Source of the DNA: Lama glama
Lineage: Eukaryota
Length of the DNA stretch: 64,000 bases
Reading direction: 5' to 3'
Assembly (NCBI GenBank): GCA_028534125.1
Contig: CM052816.1
Coordinates: forward strand, 32,738,001-32,802,000
A model generated the notes under the pieces. That model did no database searches, was not told where the DNA came from, and saw only the letters and a program-made list of their open reading frames with translations. Positions 37,001-49,000 of the stretch are shown here, in pieces. Made by a program: the position numbers and the translations under genes. The first letter of the stretch is position 1; each line of letters opens with the position of its first letter.

Positions 37001-40000
37001 CCAAAAAAGAGCAGAAAATCAAGACAGACTTATATAGTCATAGCATAGAAGATCCACAAAGAACTTGAGCACTTATGTTGTCCATCTCTTTCATTTTATA
37101 GATTAAGCTCAAGAAAGTAACTTTACATAAGTTCCTTCAGCTATTAGTGTCAAGTCATAATCTTTGATATTTGCATATCACTCTACTCAGTGGTTACAGA
37201 GCTGTGTTATATCTGTTATTTGATCCTCACAACAGCCTTGTGAAGTAGGAAGGGAAGGTATTATCATCTCCATTTTACAGATGAAGAAACTGAGGCTCAG
37301 AGAGGCTAAAAGACTTGCCTGTGGCCTCACAGCTAGTAGGTGGTGGAGCCATGATCAGTGGCCAGATCTTCTGACTCTCAGCCCGGTGCTCTTCCTCCTG
37401 CACCACCCTGCTTCAGGCGATGGGGCCCCAGTTGCTGGGGGTGATCAGCCACCCAGCTCTTTGCTCAGGGAGAAACCCTTGGCCTCAGGAGCAGGGAACA
37501 TGGGAGTTGGGACCCTTGGGGACCTAACTTACTTCATTCCTGTAGCAAGAACCAAAAGCAGTAAGTATATAAGGTAAGACCTTCCTTTCACCTGATAACA
37601 CACACATGCACACACACACATGATAAAGGACTGTTGTCAGCACCTTGATTTTGGGAAGCAGGAGGAGGAGTGATGATGAGAACATGATCCATAAAAATGT
37701 AGCAGATTTGTTTTAGGTTAGGTATAAAGACGAATTTAATCAAAGTTTAAAACTTTTCAAGAATAAGAGAACAGCAGATGTAGTCCTTTGTATCTATTTG
37801 TCCTAGGGATGAGGAGAACTAACATGGTACTTTACTGGGAAAACACTGTGTTTCTGGATTGTTTTCTTTGGTACCCACAACTACATAATGACTTGCATTT
37901 TGTGCTCTTAATACCTGTTCTCAGAAAAGTTAAACAGAATAAATATTATTACTTCTGAAAAACAGACTTACTTTTAAAATTTTTGTTTCAAGTAACAGTT
38001 TTGAAACTTTGTGCATAGTATTAAATGTGGAGGTACATTTTCCTGGACATCTTTTCTTTAAATTTTTGTTTACTATCTAGTATCTGTGTAGATACTAGAT
38101 ACTTTCTCTACTAGGTTTATACTAGGTTTCTCTACTACATTTGTATACAATCATGTGCCTTTAAGCCATAGTCATGACAATAGTTTAAATGAAGATTATA
38201 AATAGAAAGTTTTATACCAAAATGTTTTTGTTCTTTCATAGAGTCAACATAATTTTAAGTTATTATTTGAGTTATAGCATAAACTTGCATAGGACTTATT
38301 CTAACAGACCTAGTCAAAGGCTGATGAGAGCTAAACATTTTTATGGAAGCAAGAAAAACTCTTTACCTATATTTTCCTTTCCATGTTTATGGTATTCATC
38401 TATTCAGCAAATTTTTGTTGATTCACTAAACTGCTATGCATTGGGGATATATTAGTGAGCCCTAAGTATTTTTTAAGTATAACAAGCCTCGCTGCTTTAG
38501 AGGAAACAAAGCGCTACGGTTTATGTCAATTTTATTTTTCAGTGCCAGCTCCTGTTGAACATCAGATCTGTCCTGCTGTGTGTGTTCTAATGAAACTTTC
38601 ATTTGATGAAGAACATAGACATGCAATGAATGAACTTGGTAAGACAAAATATTTCTTAATGCCGTGGAAGAATACTGAAGATTTTTCATCCTTGTGGTAT
38701 TAGGATACAAGGCTACTAACTTCTAGTACCACCTGCTTCCTTCTTGTACCAAATGACCATATTCTGGTGTCCAGAGGAGAAAACGTCCTAAGTGACAGAA
38801 ATTGCTACCCTGTTATAACCTTACTTGGATTTTTAATATCTTAGCCAAAGATTAGAAAAAATACTAAATGGGCCACTCTTGCCCCTCTTGTCAAAGTAGA
38901 CCTTGGCTGACAGTTGATGGGGAAGGTAATTTGAATTGTTTTGAGACGTGGAGCTGCATGACTATTCTTGAACTCAGTCACTTCTGATGGATACCAGAAG
39001 AAATTATTACTAAGATTCTCATTTATCCTCATGGTTATCAGTACTTTACTGGCTTTTCATGATAAGCAGCGTGGTTATCTCTGAAACTGGTTAATATAGA
39101 ACAGCATTACACTCTAATTTATGTTAGAAACATTCCATTAATTTTGCAAAGATTACTCTTTTAGGTATATGTTATCACACACTCTGAACCTATTATAACC
39201 TGCGTTTGTGCACCCCATTTTTCATGTAATGGTTTTTCTTTGATTTCTAGGTTCATTTTGCACGTGTGGTCTTTATAAGTTGCATTATGCTGAGCCATCT
39301 CATGTGAACTGGATCTCTCCAGTCATGCCACAAGCAAGAACCATGCACTGAGTTCCCATCTTAGTGTAGCTGTGCCCTTGCTTTTTGTGCTGTTTGTGTA
39401 CATTACATTCCAGCTTTGTATTCCTACCACCTCATCATTGTGATTCATCATTTATCTTAAAAGTGACAAAGTCATGAGACTCTTAAACACAGAGAACCTG
39501 AACGGCAAAATTGAGTGTTGTCTCCTTCAGAGTCCTCACTTTGGGAGGCTCTGTGCTTTGTGATTTCAGGCCTGCCCTCCAGCCATGCTTTTCTTCCCCC
39601 AGGCCCTAGCGGTCGGCAGCTTGATTCTCTTTCCTTCCCCCATCCCTCCCAGCCTCCTGTGGAACTGAGTATGATCTTGTGAGTTCTGCCCACCTCAATA
39701 CAGTCAGCACTGGTGAAATTTTTATGTTAGGGTGTTTGTTTGTTTGTTTTTTTAACATTAGTAATAATGGGGGAAATAATGAATAAACAGGAAAACTAAT
39801 CAAATGTTAAGCTCCAGCAAAGGTTTTTGGTTTTGTTTTGGTTTTTGTTTTTTTAATAAATGTCCTGTGTTCCAATGAACTGTAGACTAGGACTGACACA
39901 TTAACCATCTGAATTTCAAAGTAAAACCTAGACTCAGTATTTGTTCCTCTTCCTTCTTCAGGTAGGAAGGCTCCCCGGGGCATTTCATCACAGGAGCTAG

Positions 40001-43000
40001 GGCAGGGGCTTTCAGGTGAGGAGCAGGACGGGGCCTCTGGGGGTGTGACTGCTGGGGATGTAGCCACAAGGGATGACCTTCTCACTCCTAGCCTCTGCAT
40101 TTGCACTGGAGCAAAAAGAAGGATCAAGGTGTGTGGATTGTGGGGAGATAGAGTAAGACAGCACAAGTGATCTGACAGTGGGGGATAAGGAGGAAAGAAG
40201 TCCGGTTAGGTAAAGAGAAGTTCCTGGGACTGTTACTTGTACATATAAGAAAATTCTGTAATTATTAGGTTGATTTAAGTTTGCATCTATGACTATTACA
40301 AATTTTAGACTATAGTATCAGTGAGGTATACATTTATTAATTCTCGGCTCTGTCCCAGAAACTGCTAGGTACTAGGTACAAAAATGATTAGGACGCGGTC
40401 CTGACTTTCAAGGAACTAGTAATATATTTGCACTAGTATTTCCCAAACTAGATCATAATGGTCACCAGAGAGGCACTTGTCAAACCATGTAGCTTCTCTG
40501 GCCCTTGGTAATCAAACTTAGCAAAATAAAATCTCCAGAGGAGGGAACCTAGGAATCACATCTGAAGTGGCCTAGGTGATTCTTATGATCAGGAATTTTT
40601 GTGAAACACCACTGTATAGAATATTGATGTTGAGCCCCTAATACCTATTTTAGGATGAGACATTTCATGTTAATGAAATGTAAAAGAACCCAGTAAAAGA
40701 AAAATAATATACTTCTAAAAAATTAAGTGTCATTTTTGATGTTTAAATTATCTTTTTTGATGTTTAAATTAAGGATCCTGTTAAATGTCCCCTGAAGCCA
40801 TTGATCCTGTACTATCTATAAAGTTATGAGATACCATATGGGATAATATTTGGTTCATCTGGACCACTATTTTCTAACACAGACACTAAGAAAAATGTGC
40901 AAGCATATGCTCATCACCTCTGCATTACCTTGAAACACCCTAATTTTCCTTAGGGCAACCTGTTTGTCATTCTGTCAATCATGAATTCACATCATATTTT
41001 TGTGAATCCATTTATAGTTTTAACATGTGGATTCTTTGCCTTAAAATTCACTGGAAGTTTTCTTTTTACTTGCCTGAAATCATTAAGGGCTCTCTCTTTT
41101 ATATGATAACCTAAATTTTATTGTTCTTTTTTCATTAGCCACGTTCTTCGTGGTTTTGTTGGCATGGACTATATCCTTCTTTAATCTTTGTTTTCATAAT
41201 CAAGTCCTAAGATTTTTGTTTTTTCCACACAAAAGTACTCAAGTGCCTTCTTGGGATTTTCCTCAGATCATTTCACCTTTCTTTAAAAAGTACCACAGAT
41301 ACTGCTTTTCCAGACAGGATTTTATGTAGGCACAAAGCATGGTATGTTTTGTTTTGGCTTTGATCTTCTGCTTTATAATCCTCAATTTTGGTGATCTCAT
41401 CAGTACACTTGGCCAGTGCCTTCAGGCTCTCAGTCAATTTCCTGAATCAAAACTCTCAGTTCTTTTATTGGTTCCTTCGTCTTTACCCAGGCATTACATA
41501 GTAGAATGTTTTGAAGCTCTGTGCTGGGCTTTCTTCCCTCTCTCCCTCGGCAGTATCCTCCACTCCATGGCTTTATTTACAGTGTTTTTCAAATTTACAT
41601 CTTAATCTAAGTTCTTTCTCCTGAGATTTAGACATATTATCAGACTATTCATCTAACATCTTCACTTAGATGATTTTTCAGACATTTCTCACTCAGCTGA
41701 CACAAACTGAATTTACTGTCTGCTCCATCCCCAAATCTGTCTCTTCCAGGGTCCTTTTCTCAGAAAATGGCATTCCAGGCAACCCAGTGGATGCAGCCAG
41801 AGTCTTAGAAGATATCCATGACTCTGTCCTTATCCCCTATATCTCGTAACTGCTTCAATTCCGGTTCTTAAATACATCTCAAATCACTGCTCTTCTTTGC
41901 ATCTCTAGCCCAAGCAAGCCTGTGTCATCTCTCCTGCTCTGCAGTGCCTTGTCTTAACTTGTCTCCTCACTTCCAATCATAATCCATTTTGCAGCCTGTA
42001 ATCATGGAAACTGTTTAGAACATGTATCTAATTACTCCCTCCCCTGCCTCAAATCCTTAATGTGGCACATAAAGTCTTGCATGATCTGGCCACATCTTGT
42101 GATCCGCTCCTTGTTGCTGTATATTTCAGGGCCAGTAGCCCTTGTGCATGCTGTTTTAGCTCCTAAAATGCGTCTTTATTGTCCCTGCCCCACCCTTTTA
42201 AGATATTCATTCATCCTTGAGGTCTCAGGTTAAACATTATTTCCTCAGCCATTTTCGTGATCCTCCCAGTCTTGGTTAAGTTCACCTGTTATCTTGCCCT
42301 GTGCTTCTACACAATCCATTACACTTAATTAGTTGTTCAGTGGCTATCTTTGCTCTAATCTGTAAGCTCCACAAAGATAATGACCATATTTTGTTCATTA
42401 GCTGTTTATTTTTCTGTCATCATGGGTGGAGGGACATCTTCCTAAATATGGTTTGGATTTTCCCTAAGCAAATTAATTTTTCCTTAACTACAGTCAAACT
42501 CATCTGTCATTGCTGCTAGTCATAAAGATTTATACAAATGTTCTAACAGTTAAATCCCCTGGCCTGGAATTCTTAACCCAAGATAGAACTTGGTCTCTTA
42601 TGCAAACTTGCTAATCCCTCTACATACTGGCCCTTCTGGATCATTTACAAAAATATTAAATGTACAAGTCTTCTTTTAGATTAATGACCTGACTGTTTAG
42701 ACTTATAAAATCCAAGAATTGCCTGTTTCTATTCATCTTCTTTTTTTCTAAGCTGCTTCTCTGTGACAAAAAAAATCCCCAGTCCCATGATGATTAATAT
42801 TGATGATGAATAATATTTTGAACAGCCTCCATGTGCATTTTTATTTTTCCCTTTTATTCACTCCCTTATCATCTTGCTTCACCTTTTGTTTTTGTTTTCT
42901 TTTCTTTTTGTTTTTACTACCCCTTCCTTTATGTCTTTTTTCCCTTTGCTTTCCCTTCATTCTCCTCCTTGCTGTCCTGATGTTGACCGCTGTGGGCATT

Positions 43001-46000
43001 GTTGAGTGTACCCCGTGGTGGGAATCAAGGGGAAAGAAAATACTAAATCCTAGTGTCGGTATTTGGCACTTTGTGAGTATCACAGAAAAGTAAGAAAAAA
43101 AAATTTTTAAAACATAAAATGTGGTTTTACAGAGCTTAGTAATAAGTTGAATAGGTAATTCTTTTTCACAAAAAAGTAAGCTTTGCTTCATGGACAGTTT
43201 GACTTAGAAGTTTTAGTATTCCTAAGGATACTAAAAATTATTTGGGAGATAAAGTAATTAGGCCACAGTGTGTAACAATGTAGAGTGTTTATAAAGTCCT
43301 AATAATAAAAATAAGTTACTGCTTACATTTAGGAAGACTTAGTGTTAGAAAATAGCCTTCATCATTGACAAGATACAATGTATGTGCAGTAAATAGAGTA
43401 TAATGCTCATTTCGCTCAGTAAGACAAGGGGCTGGAGGGTGGAGAAACTGGCAGAAAATGGAATAGTTGTCACTTGTACTTTATAAATATATTACACAAA
43501 AGTCCTTTATAACATTTTTTGTAGCTTGTTATTCTGAAGACAAATTTAAGCCATATATGTTCATTGAGTTTTTTTCCTAATAATTAATTTATAAACTTGG
43601 TACCAATTTGTTTTATTTTAGATTATTGTCTCTTTCCTCTTGCCCTTTTTAAATTAGGGGGACTACAGGCCATTGCAGAATTATTGCAAGTGGACTGTGA
43701 AATGTATGGGCTTACTAATGACCACTACAGTATTACTTTAAGACGGTATGCAGGAATGGCTTTGACAAACTTGACCTTTGGAGATGTAGCCAACAAGGTA
43801 TGTTTTATAAGATCAGTTTCTTATGATATCTCTGGTATGAGTTATTTCACTTTCATACAAACTACTTTTCACTCTCTTTCTGTCACTCGCCTTGTTGAAC
43901 AGACTAATAAAAACCTGTCATGCGCCACTATGTATCCTTACTCATTTAGTTGTCTTATACCTAAACAGAGTACTGGATTTATGTAATCACACTTAAAATA
44001 CTATTCCCAGGAATGATAGCAGAAGTCTGGAAATCTTGATGGCTGACACAAAAGTCCACAAGCTTACACACATATTGGTACCATCCAAATAAAAGACTTT
44101 AAAACCCTTTGCTTATCAATTCTTACCACTTATTCACTTTATTTTTCCATTTTGCCAGGGGAAGAACAGATAGCAAAGGATTAGGAGGGTATTTACCTTT
44201 CATGTATGTAATCTGTTTCTAGTTCTTTTATGGGTAAAAGATTAGTTAGGTTTAAGATGAGACAATTAAAACTGGATTTGAAGGATACTAGTCAAAAGTA
44301 AAGCACAGCTTCAGTTTGCCTTGTTGTTGACCCTCTGTCCCGTGTCTGATTTTACAGGCTACGCTATGCTCTATGAAAGGCTGCATGAGAGCACTTGTGG
44401 CCCAACTAAAATCTGAAAGTGAGGACTTACAGCAGGTACTACTTAGAATGCCACATTTTTTTTTTGACATTAGTGCATTAATACTCCGCGTAGATTAAAT
44501 TAAGCAGTGACTCGATATTTGGCAGCTCATGTTTAAACTGTTGTTATGTTAACACCAAAAGAGAGGAAAATAATTATATTGTAGGAATTCCTTTTGGCAC
44601 CTTACTAGCATTTAGGAAGAATTTCTTTTTTGAAAGATTCCTACTCTTTACTATTAAGAATAAGAAAGCAACTAGTATAAATAATTTTATTTACAAATTA
44701 TTCTAAAATTGATTTATTTGCAGGTTATTGCAAGTGTTTTGAGGAATTTATCTTGGAGAGCAGATGTAAATAGTAAAAAGACATTGCGTGAAGTTGGAAG
44801 TGTGAAAGCATTGATGGAATGTGCTTTGGAAGTGAAAAAGGTACCTTTGAAAACATTAAGTCTTGCAGTATGGATTTCATCCTTGGATACTTTTTTGCTG
44901 CTCTCTCCCACCCCTGAGACTCATTAATTTCTGACCTGCTTATCTCACCAATCCCCCTAGTCTCAGACACCTCCAAATTTGTAAAGTATTAAGATGGAAA
45001 AGATTGTACAAGGTGGCCTAGTTTAAGTAAGTTTTTCAGACTCAGCACTGTTGGCATCTTGGACAAGGTAATTCTTTGTTTGTGGGGACTGATCTGTGCC
45101 TTGGATGTTGGTCTTTTGCCTGCGAGATGACAGCACACCCTCCCCTCAGTCATGACAATCAGAAATGTCTCCAGATATTACCAGCTGTCCCTTGTGAGGG
45201 AAGAACAGAATCACTCCTCCTTGAGAGTCACTGGTGTAAGTGTTACCTCTGTGCTGTCCAAATCTCAATCCCACAAAGTCCTCAAATTTTGATAGTAACC
45301 TTATCAAGAGGTAATCAAACCTAAAGGTGAGGAATCCCTCACATAATAATTTGTTTACGAAAGGAAACTATCTCCAGGTGGGATATCTACTTCAGAAGCT
45401 AAGCTAATTTTTCTTTTTAAAACTGAAATTTGAGAAGGACTGAGCAAGTCTTTTTAGCTAATCTGGGCTTCCTTTCACACAGCCAGTCCCCTTGGATTCA
45501 CAGCCTACATTTTTCTCTTCAAAATTTCCTTTCCAGAGAAGGCAGAGTTGTGGGAGGGGGGGTTGGTTTATGTATTTTTTTCTAAATTACATTGTTTTAC
45601 ACTTAGAAAACCTAAGATCAGCTGAAAAATTATTAGAAATATTTCTTATTAGAAATAAGAGTATTCAACTAAATAACTGGTTATAAAGATAATATTCAGA
45701 AGTGGTCAAAAGGTATAAAATTCCAGTATAAGATAAATAAATACTAGGGATATAATACAGTGTGATAAACATAATTAACACTGCTTTATTATTATATATG
45801 AAAGTTGTTAAGAGAGAAAATCCTAAGAGTTTCTCATCACAAGGAAAAAATATTTTTTTCTATTTCTCTAGTTTCGTATGTATATGAAATGATAGATGTT
45901 CACTAAACTTATTGTGATAATCATTTCATGATGTAAGTCAAATCATTATGCTGTACACTGTAAAACTTACACAATGTTATATGTCAACTGCATCTCAAAA

Positions 46001-49000
46001 CTGGAAAAAGAAAGGTAATATTCAAATATACTTAGGGTATGCATAAAGGTACCTTTAAAACACTACCGAATCAGCAGAACACTTGTACTGACACTGCAGA
46101 GAAGAATGGCCAGTGGAGTACTATTTGGCCATAAAAAAGAATGAACTACTGGCCCATGCAGTAATCTGTAATGACAGAACACAGATCATTAGTGTGGAGT
46201 TAGGGGTGGATTACAAGGGGGTACAAGGAACTTTGTGGGGATGATATAAATGTTAGATTGAGTGATGGTTTCTTGGATATACATATACATCAAAAGTGAT
46301 CAGATTGCATGCTTGAAATATGTGCAGTTTATGGTTCTCTAACTATACCTTAACAAAATTATACCAAAAAATTAGTGCCATGCACACTTTTAAGATTCCT
46401 CTCTAATCAACCCTGTGTATTTTCAGAAAGATTTATTTGTATGTATTATGGGAACTTGTACTACTGCTGAGTAGTTCATTACTATCTCTCAGGGACTTCA
46501 GAGATCTACATACAAACTAAATGCTACAAACCAAGAAAGTTAAATTAAAAGACACATAAAAGAAGACTGTAATAAGAGGAAAGACATACCCTTTTCTTGT
46601 AAAGGAAGAGTAGTAGTTTAAAGATCATTTCTCTCTAAATTCATCTATAAATTTTTAAGGCAAGCCCAATCTTGGAAAAACTAGCCCATCAGAAATTTAT
46701 AATACCCATTTCTGGTTTGGGCCTGCTTCTGGTTAGCATTATTAGAATTTATTTTTCCCTTTTTCTACATTCAGTGCAACAGGCATTATGAACATTCTCT
46801 TTCTCTTTTTAATTCATTATCTCTTCCTTCTCAGCTTCATTTACTACTGATGATTGAGAGAATCAGAACTGCCTTCTATGATCCCCGTGTACTGCATCAT
46901 TTTACCATCATTCACTGGCTTTGTCTTCTGCACAGCAGAACCTTTCCTTCACCTGCACTCTGCCCTTAAGTGTTGCTGTTTACTCGGAGTTGTTAGTCCC
47001 TTACTTTTTGTCTTCTGTATCTTCTCTCCTGGATGTAGAGAAGGAGGCTTTTTATGTTTCAGCTTATCTATAAAAACCTGGTATTTTGAAAATAAAAAAA
47101 AAGTCCTCTGTTGCTTTTTTAACTTCTGCTGTATTTCTCTTTTTCTTGTAACATCCAAAACCCTGAGCAGGTAGTCACTTGCTGCATTTTTTAACTGGCC
47201 ATACCTTTTTTGGGCCCTTCTACTTTGCTTGTAACAAAATCCATCTTCATAGATTAACTAGTGTTTTTTCTTTTCTACCTACATCTATATTTGATATTTT
47301 TTGATCATGTACCTTATTGAATTTCTTCCCTTTGTTTTTACTACCTGTACTTCTCCAACTTGTAATTGTTTCTTCTTCTCTAACTGTAAAGCTGCTTTGA
47401 AACAAAGCCCTTGGCGCTCTATATGTAGTCTCAGAGCAAATTGTTTTCCTGCTTTCAACCCTCACCTCTAGGTCAGTTGTCAGTTTAGCTCACTCCTCTA
47501 AACTCTTGCCATTTTTTCTGTTCTCAGGACACTCTGTCCCACCTTTACCTCAGTCAGAATGTGATTAAAGTTGATTGGTGAAAGCATTTCTTCCCTGACT
47601 CCTGATAAATAGTACCTAAACCTGCTCCCACATTGTTTTTTTTCGTTTGATTTCCTGATGAAGATATTCCAGTGGCTATCTCCTTTTGGGTTAGGCCCAA
47701 AATGTGTGCCATGACATTCAGGGCCTTCTTTTACCTCTCTGACCTTACTTCTCACAGTGCCCCAGCATGGACTTTGATCTCCTCTGTGTCTTCTCTCTGT
47801 TCTTTGGGCCTCCCTTGCTTATTCCCAGTTCCATGCCTTTCTTCATTCTGCTTCCCCTGCCTTCTATCTTAGTGTACAGGTCTTTTCTACAGAGCTGCTC
47901 TCCTCCATGAAATATTTTATTTATTTGATTAAATTTGGGCAGCAGTAAGCTTTCCTTTTGAGTCTTTGCTTCATGTATGGTTTTGCATCCTTTTTTCCCC
48001 CACAGTAAATAAGCACTTTCAAAGCAAGTATAAGTTCGCTATGTTTGTATCCTCTGGAGTGCCTCAAATTGTGATAGGCACAGAGCAGATTTGTAATGAA
48101 TGTTGATTTGTTCCTTGATCGATTTGTAGTAAGAAGAAAGACTGCCATCAGGATTATGGCAAGTTTTGACCAGATATCCTTAACTGTGTACTCAGAGTGC
48201 TTCTATGGCAATTATAATTTGACATTTTACTATGATACTGTGTACCAGGGAGTTCTGGTTTTTGTAATTACTTTGTTTCTGTTGGAGCTTTAAAAAGTTA
48301 AAGTTTTTCCATTATGCTTTCTTTTTAATGTTATATTGTTACTTTTGAATCAACCACATATAAATATGTGTGGTTTTATACAAACAGAATATTATACATA
48401 CTTCTCTGCACCTGCTCTTTTCATTTAATAATACATCTCAGATGTCTTTCCATATCAGCATATAGAGGGTTTTTTCTTAGTGTGTTTTCCCCTGAAAAAT
48501 GTTATCTTTTCAGAATACGCATCAGTTCTGTTTCATATTCTAATATAAGCTCTTGTAAGATATGTGTACACTTTCTAAACACTTACAGTACGGTTAATAA
48601 AGGTCATTAGTTTAATACTGCATTCTGCTTTTTTCATGGGGATATCACTGACTTAAGTTCCATTTGGTATTTTATGAAGTTTTTCAAAATGAAGAGTTTC
48701 TAATACTTTACCGGTGAGGGATGGGCAGCAAGGGAGATCTTAAAAAATAATAATAAGATAACTTACTCAAGAGAAGTATGTAAACAGAGAAGTTATAAGA
48801 GGGAAATTCCAACTCTAATTAGATGACACATATTCTACTTCTTAATAGGAATCAACCCTCAAAAGCGTATTGAGTGCCTTATGGAATTTGTCAGCACATT
48901 GCACTGAGAATAAAGCTGATATATGTGCCGTAGATGGCGCACTTGCATTTTTGGTTGGCACTCTCACTTACCGGAGCCAGACAAATACCCTAGCCATTAT

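Noticed and set aside
40733..40772. 18-bp near-tandem duplication tttttgatgtttaaatta (similar short ones at 5891-5910 and ~50760-50810)
   Set aside because: Ordinary slippage duplications in AT-rich intron; not an array, no spacers.
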